From positions 57,444-121,443 of the forward strand of contig JAKAFU010000001.1 in the NCBI GenBank assembly GCA_021825865.1: DNA of 64,000 bases. The letters run 5' to 3'. The translations under genes and the position numbers were made by a program. Source of the stretch: a bacterium (GTDB lineage: Bacteria; SZUA-79; Acidulodesulfobacterales; Acidulodesulfobacteraceae). The notes under the pieces were generated by a model. That model worked only from the letters and a program-made list of their open reading frames with translations, made no database searches and was not told where the DNA came from. This document shows, piece after piece, positions 21,661-30,211 of this stretch (position 1 is the first letter of the stretch; every line of letters starts with the position of its first letter).

Positions 21661-23007
21661 ATGAGCAGAATACTTTTAATTGACGACGAGAAAAATATTT
21701 TAAAAACTGTCGGTTCAAATCTTGAACAAAACGGTTTTAATGTTGATGCAGCCATTAGCGCAGAGGTTGCCCTTGCAAAGTTGGACAGCAATAACTATGA
21801 TGTGATACTTTGCGATTTAATATTAACAGGGATGAACGGATTAGATTTCTTGAGTCTTGTAAGAAATACTAATAAAGATATTATATTTATAATGATTACG
21901 GCAAACGGTTTTATTGACGATGCTGTTAAGGCAATCAAAATAGGAGCCGATGATTTCATAAGCAAACCGATAGATATGGACGGCTTAATTAGTAATATAA
22001 ACATTTTGCTAAGCAAAAAGGCAAACTATTACAATGAAAATAAACCGCAATTTGACACTAAGTTGATTTACAAATCTAAAATTATGGAAGATTTGATTAA
22101 AGAAATAGGAATGATTGCTAAGGCTCCTTCAAATATTCTAATAACGGGCGAAACAGGTACCGGCAAGGAATTAATAGCAAAAATTATTCATGAAATATCA
22201 GGAAGAAAAGGACCTTTTGTCGGAATTAATATTAACGCATACCCTGATAGTTTAATAGAAAATGAACTTTTCGGTCATGCAAAAGGGTCATTTACAAACG
22301 CCATAAACACACAAAAAGGAAAATTCGAACTTGCGTCCAACGGAACATTGTTTTTAGATGAAATTGGAGAAATGCCGTTGTTTGTTCAGTCAAAATTGTT
22401 AAGAATATTGCAGGAGCGTGAATTTTCAATGATAGGTTCTAATGCTGTCATAAAACTGACTGCAAGAATTGTAAGTGCAACAAATATTAACATAGAAAGT
22501 GCCGTATTGCAGAATCAATTTAGAGAAGACTTGTTTTATAGGATAAATGTATTTCATGTAAAGGTCCCTCCGCTCAGGGAACGGAAAGACGATATCATGC
22601 CGCTTGTGTATTATTTTATAAAAAGATTTAATGCGGAAAACAAAAAGAATATAGTTAGTATATCAAAAGATGTTGAAGAAAAATTAATGCAATATAATTT
22701 TCCGGGCAATATAAGGGAACTTGAAAATATAATTGAGAGAGCTATTATCATTACTCCTTTTGATACCATTGAAGTAGATAATTTACCAAATTATTTAAAA
22801 AAAACAAGAGAAGTCCAGTCTATTTTTATGTCTTCCAATAATAATACAGATTATGATTTAAATTTGGATTCGGTAGAAAAAGAACTTATAATTAAGGCAC
22901 TTGAAAAATATAATTATAATCAGACAAAAACAGCTGCTTCTATCGGTATATCCAGAAAACAACTACGAACTAAAATGAAAAAATACGACCTTTTTAATAA
23001 ACGATAG
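21661..23007 (+). CDS. Sigma-54-dependent response regulator (REC-AAA+-Fis HTH; NtrC family bEBP)
   Basis: 448 aa. Receiver ..ILLIDDE..DVILCDLILTGMNG.., Walker A GETGTGKE, loop-1 GSFTNA (variant of GAFTGA), ..LFLDEIGEM.., ..RLNVFHVKVPPLRERKDDI.., C-terminal HTH ..NQTKTAASIGISRKQLRTKMKKY... Confidence 0.93.
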   Translation: MSRILLIDDEKNILKTVGSNLEQNGFNVDAAISAEVALAKLDSNNYDVILCDLILTGMNGLDFLSLVRNTNKDIIFIMITANGFIDDAVKAIKIGADDFISKPIDMDGLISNINILLSKKANYYNENKPQFDTKLIYKSKIMEDLIKEIGMIAKAPSNILITGETGTGKELIAKIIHEISGRKGPFVGININAYPDSLIENELFGHAKGSFTNAINTQKGKFELASNGTLFLDEIGEMPLFVQSKLLRILQEREFSMIGSNAVIKLTARIVSATNINIESAVLQNQFREDLFYRINVFHVKVPPLRERKDDIMPLVYYFIKRFNAENKKNIVSISKDVEEKLMQYNFPGNIRELENIIERAIIITPFDTIEVDNLPNYLKKTREVQSIFMSSNNNTDYDLNLDSVEKELIIKALEKYNYNQTKTAASIGISRKQLRTKMKKYDLFNKR

Positions 23008-23118
23008 ATTATTTTAAATCTAAAATTTAACGGTTGTCGCAAATTAAACTTGATTTTAATTTTTAATAAATAAGGTCGAGCCGATTGGTATCTGGAAAAG
23101 TCCTTTTGTGCACTATAT

Positions 23119-23134
23119 TGTTCTTGTATGGACA
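23119..23134 (+). promoter_or_regulatory. Dyad TGTTC-N6-GGACA, candidate enhancer (UAS) for the sigma-54 activator
   Basis: Read directly: TGTTCTTGTATGGACA, about 72 bp upstream of the -24 GG at 23198. The adjacent ATGGACAATT (23128..23137) is the reverse complement of AATTGTCCAT at 16643..16652. Confidence 0.4.
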
Positions 23135-23196
23135 ATTAATTCTCCTAAAAACAATTGATAGTCGATATAAATCTGGAACTATGCATAATCTTATTA

Positions 23197-23211
23197 TGGC
23201 ACGGTATTTGC
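23197..23211 (+). promoter_or_regulatory. Sigma-54 (-24/-12) promoter, perfect consensus
   Basis: TGGCAC-GGTAT-TTGC read directly. It lies 118 bp upstream of the OMP start (23329) and immediately downstream of the bEBP gene. Confidence 0.7.
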
Positions 23212-23328
23212 TATATATATTCTGCAGTATATAACTATAACTGTGATAAATTTTATTTATTATTAAAAATAAATTTATTATTGTATATTTGTTTAATTAT
23301 TTTCGCATAAAATTCACAGGAGGAGAGG

Positions 23329-25089
23329 ATGCGATTGAAATCAATCTGTATTGGTGCGGTAATATTTTATTTTTTGGTATACTTATGCAATCCTGTTACC
23401 GTGTTTGCAATTAAGCTTAAAAAACAGCAAATTAAACCGCCGCATAGCGGTCTTAGTTTTATGCTTGGAGGCAGGTATATAGGCGCGGCTCTTTATGCCG
23501 AGAATCAAGGGCAAGGATTTCAAAATGTTTCAGGATATCCGAATAATAATTCATTTCAAGAATTTGCCCAAATGTTAAGGGTTAATACATTAATTAAATA
23601 TAAAAAACTTATAAGTTTATATACCCAGTTTGCACTTTCAAGCGATTATAACGGCATTGCAAACTATTATGGCGGAATTCCCCCTGGATTCCAAACGCTG
23701 GCTCAAAATCCTGTGCCGGTCGGTTTTAATAATGATTTTGATACATTTGGCATTAGAGAAGTTTATATTAATTTAAGATTGCCAAATCAATATTTCAGAC
23801 ATATTATATTTGGCAGAACATTTTTGCATTTTGGTCTCGGAGTAGCTATAAGAACAGATGTTGATGGTATATTTGATAATTTTAATGTCGGCAATTTTAA
23901 TATAACCGCAGGTACCATGATAACATCGATGGCAGCTGCCGGGACATATTGTTATTCTTCAAACAAACTCAATCCTTGTAACACATTGCAAGGACTTGCC
24001 GGAACAACCGAAGGGTTTTATCCGACCTCTGCCATGGGCTATACCCATGTGCAAATGGGAACAATCCCTGTGATTCAATTCATAACAAAAAAACCCGTAA
24101 GGCATACGATTTTTAGCGCATGGTTTTCAGAGGCGCATCTTAATCAATTTCAGGCTCCGTTATATAATGTGCCAAATTCTGTTTATTTTCAAACATTTGG
24201 TTCATATACTAACGACAATAATTTTTGGCCTACCCTTAACATTACTTTGGCGGGCGGTTCGTTATGGTATGAAAACGGCAAAAATAAGCTTGCGATTGAA
24301 TTTGATTATCTCAGAGGTAAAGCTATGCCGACGTCGGCTGCTTTGTCTGATGGACTGCTTAATAGTCGCTCCGCTAATCATTATTTATGGACCCAGTGGG
24401 GAGGAGCTAACCCGAATTCTCCGCTGACTGCTCCTTTGCTGGTTGAACCGGCAGGCAACAATGCTTACGACACTATTAATTCATACGATATTTATGCCAA
24501 AGGCTCAACATTAACGAGCATTAAAAAGATGCCTCTTATGATAGGATTTAAATTTGGGCTTGGTGCTCCGGTAGAGGCAGGTTCATATGACATGTCCGAT
24601 TATTCAAGGGTTCAAAATCAACCTACTTTATTTGGCAATCTTATAACTTCTAACTGGCAGATGATACAGATACTCGCCCCCGGAAATAGTTATATGTATG
24701 GTGCACCGTTGTCTTCCAATCTGGAAAACAAAAGAATTGAAGAGATTTTATTCAGAGAGTTTTTACCTGATAAAAATAATTTAACTGAAGCTGTGATACA
24801 GGCTAACTGGGTAAAATCAAATATACATGTAAACGGCAAATATGTTCCTCTTTTTGGCGGAAGCAACATAGGAACAGAATTTGACCTCGATTTTGTGCAT
24901 GTTATTAAAAAAGGTTTTTTCTGGAAAGCTTGGGCGTCTTATATGTTCACAGGAAGAGGACTTGAGACATTTTATGGTCCGGGTAATTATTCGTCCGGCT
25001 GCGTAACTAGTGCTTCAACCGCATGCTTAGATACTGCGACGCATAAAAATATAGCTGCAGTAGGCACTGCTATTGTATGGAATTTTTAA
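23329..25089 (+). CDS. Predicted outer-membrane beta-barrel protein / porin of unrecognised family
   Basis: 586 aa. RBS AGGAGG. Signal peptide ..NPVTVFA|I. Gly/Asn/Tyr/aromatic-rich alternating composition. C-terminal ..GTAIVWNF (terminal Phe, the OMP sorting signature). Confidence 0.55.
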   Translation: MRLKSICIGAVIFYFLVYLCNPVTVFAIKLKKQQIKPPHSGLSFMLGGRYIGAALYAENQGQGFQNVSGYPNNNSFQEFAQMLRVNTLIKYKKLISLYTQFALSSDYNGIANYYGGIPPGFQTLAQNPVPVGFNNDFDTFGIREVYINLRLPNQYFRHIIFGRTFLHFGLGVAIRTDVDGIFDNFNVGNFNITAGTMITSMAAAGTYCYSSNKLNPCNTLQGLAGTTEGFYPTSAMGYTHVQMGTIPVIQFITKKPVRHTIFSAWFSEAHLNQFQAPLYNVPNSVYFQTFGSYTNDNNFWPTLNITLAGGSLWYENGKNKLAIEFDYLRGKAMPTSAALSDGLLNSRSANHYLWTQWGGANPNSPLTAPLLVEPAGNNAYDTINSYDIYAKGSTLTSIKKMPLMIGFKFGLGAPVEAGSYDMSDYSRVQNQPTLFGNLITSNWQMIQILAPGNSYMYGAPLSSNLENKRIEEILFREFLPDKNNLTEAVIQANWVKSNIHVNGKYVPLFGGSNIGTEFDLDFVHVIKKGFFWKAWASYMFTGRGLETFYGPGNYSSGCVTSASTACLDTATHKNIAAVGTAIVWNF

Positions 25090-25236
25090 TTTATTTAATA
25101 TATTATTGAAAGTTTTAAATCAAGTGTAAAAGAATGACAATATCTTATACGAAACATATGTGATTTAATCAAGTTTTCTATGTATACGATTTTAATTAAT
25201 AAAAAATAATTTTAACATTAAGGAGATTACGATATC

Positions 25237-25800
25237 ATGAACAAAAATATTAGGCAGTTTGCCGATGACGGCGAGAAGATAGTATTAAATACAAATAAAA
25301 TAACAAGAAGGGATTTTATAAAAAAAACAATTTTAACGACTGCTTTGACGATAGGAGCAAGTTCAATATTGAATGTTCCGAGAGATTCTTTTGCCAAAAG
25401 CATTTCACTTAAGCCGGTTAAGATGAAAACAAATTATGTTAAAACCATTAATGGGAAAGAAGTAAAGTGGATTGCTAATCCGACTGCCGAAGAAAAATTG
25501 CTGATTCCAAAAATAAGTCTCCCATTAATTGCGCAGGACGGGGCTATGGTGCCGATAAAAATGGAAGCCAAAAAGCCGCAAACCGACAATTTATATTTAA
25601 AAACTTTTTATATATGCGATTTAAATAATCCGCACCTATTGTTGGGTTCATTTGACTTGACGCCATTTAACGGTAAAGCGTATATTTCTACCAGAATAAA
25701 ATTGATGCAAGAGTCATATGTTCAGGTTCTGGCAGAATATTCCAATAATGAAGTTTATGGTGCAAGGAAACTTGTTAAAGTGACCGTAGGAGGATGCTGA
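25237..25800 (+). CDS. soxY: Sulfur-carrier protein SoxY (Tat-exported)
   Basis: 187 aa. Twin-arginine signal ..KITRRDFIKKTILTTAL... Immunoglobulin-like body. C-terminal swinging arm ..KLVKVTVGGC followed by TGA. Directly upstream of soxZ. Confidence 0.85.
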   Translation: MNKNIRQFADDGEKIVLNTNKITRRDFIKKTILTTALTIGASSILNVPRDSFAKSISLKPVKMKTNYVKTINGKEVKWIANPTAEEKLLIPKISLPLIAQDGAMVPIKMEAKKPQTDNLYLKTFYICDLNNPHLLLGSFDLTPFNGKAYISTRIKLMQESYVQVLAEYSNNEVYGARKLVKVTVGGC

Positions 25801-25886
25801 TTTTATTTTAAAAAATGTAAAATAATCAAAAAATTTTAACTTAGTTAATTAAAATCATGTATTTTTAATAAAATGAGGGATCAAAA

Positions 25887-26216
25887 ATGAAAATTGGAAC
25901 GATAATGGTAAGGGTGCCGAGAAAAGTAAAAAAAGGAAAAAATTTTAAAGTTTTAACTTTAACAGAACATCCTATGAATACAGGGCTTGTGAAAAATTCT
26001 AAAACAGGTAAAATTATACCCGAATGGATAATTAATAAAGTTAATATATTCTATGATAAAAAATTGATAACAACATGTAATTACGGCATAGGAATTGCGG
26101 CAAATCCTTTTTTAGCGTTTTATGTAAAGGCTGAAAAAAGTGCACCGTTAGATTTTGTAATGCATGACAACAAAGGCAATGTATATAAAAAATCTGTTCT
26201 GATAAATGTTTATTAA
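25887..26216 (+). CDS. soxZ: SoxZ, partner of SoxY
   Basis: 109 aa. ..VRVPRKVKKGKNFKVLTLTEHPMNTGLVKNSKTGKIIPEWII..ANPFLAFYVKA.. matches the SoxZ pattern (..HPMETG..G..IP..). Confidence 0.85.
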   Translation: MKIGTIMVRVPRKVKKGKNFKVLTLTEHPMNTGLVKNSKTGKIIPEWIINKVNIFYDKKLITTCNYGIGIAANPFLAFYVKAEKSAPLDFVMHDNKGNVYKKSVLINVY

Positions 26217-26240
26217 CTATATTACAATTACGGAGATTCA

Positions 26241-26726
26241 ATGAAAAAATTTATTGTTTTATTTTTATTTGTAATTATTTATTGCGGAGGTTCGGTCAAC
26301 AATGTTTTTGCTTTAAGTAAAAATAATAATAAAGCATTTTATATATTAAAAATAAAAAAGAGGTTTAAAGATGTTGTCTTCAATTTAAAGCAATCCATAA
26401 TAAATGATAATTATGTTATAGTTTCAGTAAATCCTATTTCTCAAGGTATACAAGGCATAGGAAAAAAAATATCAAAATTAGATGTCATTGAATTTTGTAA
26501 TTTATCTTACGCATACGATATTCTAAACGGCAATAAAAATTATGCGGCTTTTATGCCATGCAGAGTCGCTGTATATAAACAAGGAAAATATGTAGTTATT
26601 ATAGGATTTTTACCATCCTTTGCACTTAAATTTTTTAAAAATAATACTCCTATGATGAAAAAAACAGCATTGAAAGTAAGTCGTCAGATGGTGAGCATTA
26701 TAAATTCAGTAAAAGATGGTTTTTAA
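26241..26726 (+). CDS. DUF302-domain protein with signal peptide
   Basis: 161 aa. Signal ..VNNVFA|L. ..AAFMPCRVAVYKQGKYVVI.. resembles the DUF302 core motif (..lPCrv.vye..g..). Confidence 0.65.
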   Translation: MKKFIVLFLFVIIYCGGSVNNVFALSKNNNKAFYILKIKKRFKDVVFNLKQSIINDNYVIVSVNPISQGIQGIGKKISKLDVIEFCNLSYAYDILNGNKNYAAFMPCRVAVYKQGKYVVIIGFLPSFALKFFKNNTPMMKKTALKVSRQMVSIINSVKDGF

Positions 26727-26904
26727 AAAATTTATTAACATTAGGTTAGGCAATATATATTTTATGAATGTTAGCAGATTGATGCATAGACTATAAACAA
26801 TTAAGTTCTTAATCATGGTTGCTATGAAATTTTTAAGATAAAATAATAAAATTTTCTGTTTTATTTCATTTTAATTCAATTTATTAATGGAGATATAAAA
26901 AGCC

Positions 26905-28593
26905 ATGGAAAATACTGTTACAAGAAGAGATTTTTTAAAAAAAACTGCACTCCTTACAGGCTATTTAGCGATTAATCCTGTAAATTTGCTTAAGTATAAG
27001 CCTGTAGGGAATCTCACTATCATTTGGAATTCAGATTCCCATGCGCATTTAAAACCGGTATTGTATAGGGAACCGTCAGTAAATATAGGTCCTAAAATCA
27101 TGAACGGCAGACCCGGTCATTTAGTCGGAGATTCTTTCTGTCTGTATTATGATATAAACCCAAAGTCGGCTATGGGATATTTTTGTTCTTACAAAAATTT
27201 TAATAACCTATCTAAGGAATATGGACCTATGGGCGGATATGCTCATATGAGCACGGTAATAAATAAAATTAGGGATGAAAGATATGGCAAAACTATATTA
27301 CTTGATACCGGCGATTCATGGCAAGGAACCGGCATTGCTCTTTTGACGAAAGGAAAGGCTGTCTATACTGTTCAAAATGCGATGGGTTATGACGCAATGA
27401 CCGGGCATTGGGAATTTACTTACGGAAAGGAACAATTGCTGGAAAATATAAAAAATCTAAATTTCCCTTTTATTGCCCAGAATGTAAAAAATGCAACATG
27501 GGGAAATTTAATTTTTAAACCATATATTATAAAGGAAGTTAATGGGCTAAGAGTGGGTATAATCGGACAGGCATTCCCGTATGTTCCGCTTGCGCACCCG
27601 GCTCATTTTGTCGAAGGGTGGTCATTTGGCATAGATACCCACCATGCCCAAAAAATGGTAGATCAATTAAAAAATACTGAAAAAGTTGATATCGTAGTTG
27701 TACTTTCACATAACGGACTTGAAGTTGATAGAAAATTTGCAGCTTTAATTAAGGGCATAGATGTAATTGTGGGAGGTCATACCCATGATATTCTTCCAGC
27801 ACCTGAAATTATAAACAATACCATAATAGTTCAGGCAGGAACCCATGGAAAATTTATCGGAAGATTAGATTTAAATGTTTCAAATAAAAAAATTACGGCT
27901 TATGACCATAAGCTTATACCTATTGTCTCAAATTGGATTAAACCGGATCCTAAAATTACGCAGGTCATAGAAGACGAATTTAAACCCTATAATAATATAT
28001 TAAATGAGAAATTAGGGACGACGGAAAGTCTATTATACAGGCGGGCCACATTTATCAGTACGGTTGATAACGTTGCAGAGCAGGCTTTTATAGAAAAATT
28101 TGATGCTCCATTGTTTTTTGCCCCCGGTTGGCGTTGGGGGGAAACTTTGCTTCCAGGTTCCGATATTACTATGGAAAATGTTTATGGCGAATATGGAACA
28201 ACTTATCCTGAGGTTTACAAAACCCTTCTTACGGGAAAACAGTTATTATTATCGCAATTAAGTGTTCTGAGCGATGTTTTTGCGAAAGATGCTTATTTAC
28301 AGATGGGCGGAGACGCCACCCGTGTCTCCAATTCAAAATTTCATATACATATAAATGAATCATTTAATAAGAGAATCAAAAGCTGGGAAATTAACGGAAA
28401 ACCATTAAATTTGAATAAAAAATACTGGGCTGTATCAACAGGCGGAAAAATGCAAAACATGAACTCAGATGATAAAGGGTTAACAAAATTTAAAGCATGC
28501 GATGTTATTGCAGAATACATCAGAAATCATAAAATTATTCAATCAATCCAAACGGAAAAAGTTATATATCGCAAATCGCCAACCGCCGGTTAA
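26905..28593 (+). CDS. soxB: Thiosulfohydrolase SoxB (Tat-exported di-metal phosphoesterase / 5'-nucleotidase fold)
   Basis: 562 aa. Tat signal ..VTRRDFLKKTALLTG... Metallophosphoesterase motifs ..NSDSHAH.., ..TGDSWQGTG.., ..GHWEFTYG.., ..LSHNG.., ..GGHTHD... C-terminal 5'-nucleotidase-like domain. Confidence 0.9.
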   Translation: MENTVTRRDFLKKTALLTGYLAINPVNLLKYKPVGNLTIIWNSDSHAHLKPVLYREPSVNIGPKIMNGRPGHLVGDSFCLYYDINPKSAMGYFCSYKNFNNLSKEYGPMGGYAHMSTVINKIRDERYGKTILLDTGDSWQGTGIALLTKGKAVYTVQNAMGYDAMTGHWEFTYGKEQLLENIKNLNFPFIAQNVKNATWGNLIFKPYIIKEVNGLRVGIIGQAFPYVPLAHPAHFVEGWSFGIDTHHAQKMVDQLKNTEKVDIVVVLSHNGLEVDRKFAALIKGIDVIVGGHTHDILPAPEIINNTIIVQAGTHGKFIGRLDLNVSNKKITAYDHKLIPIVSNWIKPDPKITQVIEDEFKPYNNILNEKLGTTESLLYRRATFISTVDNVAEQAFIEKFDAPLFFAPGWRWGETLLPGSDITMENVYGEYGTTYPEVYKTLLTGKQLLLSQLSVLSDVFAKDAYLQMGGDATRVSNSKFHIHINESFNKRIKSWEINGKPLNLNKKYWAVSTGGKMQNMNSDDKGLTKFKACDVIAEYIRNHKIIQSIQTEKVIYRKSPTAG

Positions 28594-28806
28594 TACAATG
28601 CATCAAATATATTTATTAATAATGCCATCTTCCATCGAAGCGGTTTATTGCTGAATAAAATTGGCTAACTTGCGATTATTATTTACATACCGTAATTAGA
28701 CTGATAGTAAAATTAAATCAAATAAATAAAAATTATTTATAAATGTTGCATGCTGCTATATCATTCAATATTGGCTTTTATAACTAAATGATACCAGGAG
28801 AAAATT

Positions 28807-29280
28807 ATGAAAAATATATTAAATATAGTTGTTTGTGTGTTCTTCACCATTTTTTTAACTTTTGTATTTATACAAAATTCATATGCAAGAGTTAAAGACA
28901 TAAATGCGTTGAAATATTTTAAACATCATAAATTGAAAGAACTTTATCAGGTACCTCAAAATCCAAAATATTGGAGTTTATTATTGAATAATATTTCAAA
29001 CAACGTTAGAATTTCAGACACGCATTTTATTAATTATAAAATTCTTGTGGTAGCTTACGGTCCTGCTCTTAAACTTTTTATGAAATCTGACAAAAAATAT
29101 TATCCATTACTTCAGAGTATTGCCAGCTATGGCGTGAAATTAGTAGCATGCCATCAAACAATGTTAGGTATGCATGTAAAAAAATCGCAAATTTTTAAAT
29201 TTGTGCATATTGTTTATCCGGGTGCAATATTTTACATTGTACAAAAAGAAAATGAAGGCTATGCGTATCTGCAGCCGTAA
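28807..29280 (+). CDS. DsrE/DsrF-like (COG1416-type) protein with signal peptide, paralogue B
   Basis: 157 aa. Signal ..QNSYA|R. Core ..YKILVVAYGPALKLF...YGVKLVACHQTMLGMHVKK..FVHIVYPGAIFYIVQKENEGYAYLQP. Paralogue of 17884..18366. Confidence 0.6.
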   Translation: MKNILNIVVCVFFTIFLTFVFIQNSYARVKDINALKYFKHHKLKELYQVPQNPKYWSLLLNNISNNVRISDTHFINYKILVVAYGPALKLFMKSDKKYYPLLQSIASYGVKLVACHQTMLGMHVKKSQIFKFVHIVYPGAIFYIVQKENEGYAYLQP

Positions 29281-29316
29281 AAATAATTAAAATTAATTAA
29301 TTTTAATTATTTTTAC
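29277..29316. repeat. 40-bp perfect A/T-rich palindrome overlapping the stop codon of the DsrE-like gene. Possible weak bidirectional terminator or binding site.
   Basis: GTAAAAATAATTAAAATTAATTAATTTTAATTATTTTTAC equals its own reverse complement (checked base by base). Confidence 0.45.
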
Positions 29317-29480
29317 TATATTTCATTAATTTATATTTTTATGGTTATAAGCTGAGTTGAAATATTGATAATAAGTTTTTTATCTAAAATATAAATCAAT
29401 ATTGATTTATATAATATTTTATTTATGCAGTATAAAATGGCATTGCAATATATTATCTAAATAGATATTATATTTAGTTA

Positions 29481-30158
29481 ATGAGCAAAATAAAAAATAA
29501 TGACGAATTTATTTTAAAAGTAAACGATATTTTTTACAGTATTCAGGGAGAATCTTCATTTGCGGGCTCCCCCTGTTTTTTTGTAAGACTGGCAGGATGC
29601 AATATAAGATGTCCGTATTGCGACACAAAAGAAGCGCTGACGGATACAAACGCAAAATCAATGCATATCGGCGATATTATGACAGAAATAATAAAATGCG
29701 GCGAAAATGTAAAATTAGTGGAAATAACGGGCGGAGAACCTTTAATACAGAAAGGCGTTTATGAATTAATGAAAAGATTTTTAAATTTAAAATATACCGT
29801 GCTTGTTGAAACAAACGGCACGCTCAGTCTTAAAAGTATCCCGGATAAAGTCGTTAAAATAATGGATATAAAATGCCCGTCAAGCGGATATGCAAATTAT
29901 AACAATTTTGAAAATCTAAATTATATCAATAAAAACGATGAATTAAAATTTATTATAGGAAACACCGCAGATTATGAATTTGCTAAGAATTTTATAAACG
30001 TAAACAGAAAAATCATCAAAACGGAAAAAATAATATTCGGCGCTGTAGATGTCGCCGAAAATCAATTTTCACCGCATATTTTAGCCGAAAAGATTTTATC
30101 TGACAGGCTAAATGTTAAAATAGGATTACAGCTGCATAAATTCCTCGATTTGAAGTAG
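29481..30158 (+). CDS. queE: 7-carboxy-7-deazaguanine synthase QueE (radical SAM)
   Basis: 225 aa. ..FYSIQGESSFAGSPCFFVRLAGCNIRCPYCDT.. (CX3CX2C cluster plus the QueE N-terminal motif), ..EITGGEPL... Confidence 0.85.
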   Translation: MSKIKNNDEFILKVNDIFYSIQGESSFAGSPCFFVRLAGCNIRCPYCDTKEALTDTNAKSMHIGDIMTEIIKCGENVKLVEITGGEPLIQKGVYELMKRFLNLKYTVLVETNGTLSLKSIPDKVVKIMDIKCPSSGYANYNNFENLNYINKNDELKFIIGNTADYEFAKNFINVNRKIIKTEKIIFGAVDVAENQFSPHILAEKILSDRLNVKIGLQLHKFLDLK

Positions 30159-30211
30159 TTTTTGGCTTTTTTTATATATAGTTCTAAATCCTGTGATATA
30201 ATTAACAAATT

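Noticed and set aside
25798-25800. Read-through or selenocysteine at the soxY TGA that would restore a longer C-terminus
   Set aside because: Read-through would give ...GGC-X-FYFKKCKIIKKF, which does not resemble the GGCGG arm. No convincing hairpin follows. The simplest reading is a true stop.
28662-28673. Sigma-54-like TGGCTAACTTGC upstream of the second DsrE-like gene
   Set aside because: The GG-to-GC spacing is 3 nt too short for a -24/-12 promoter.
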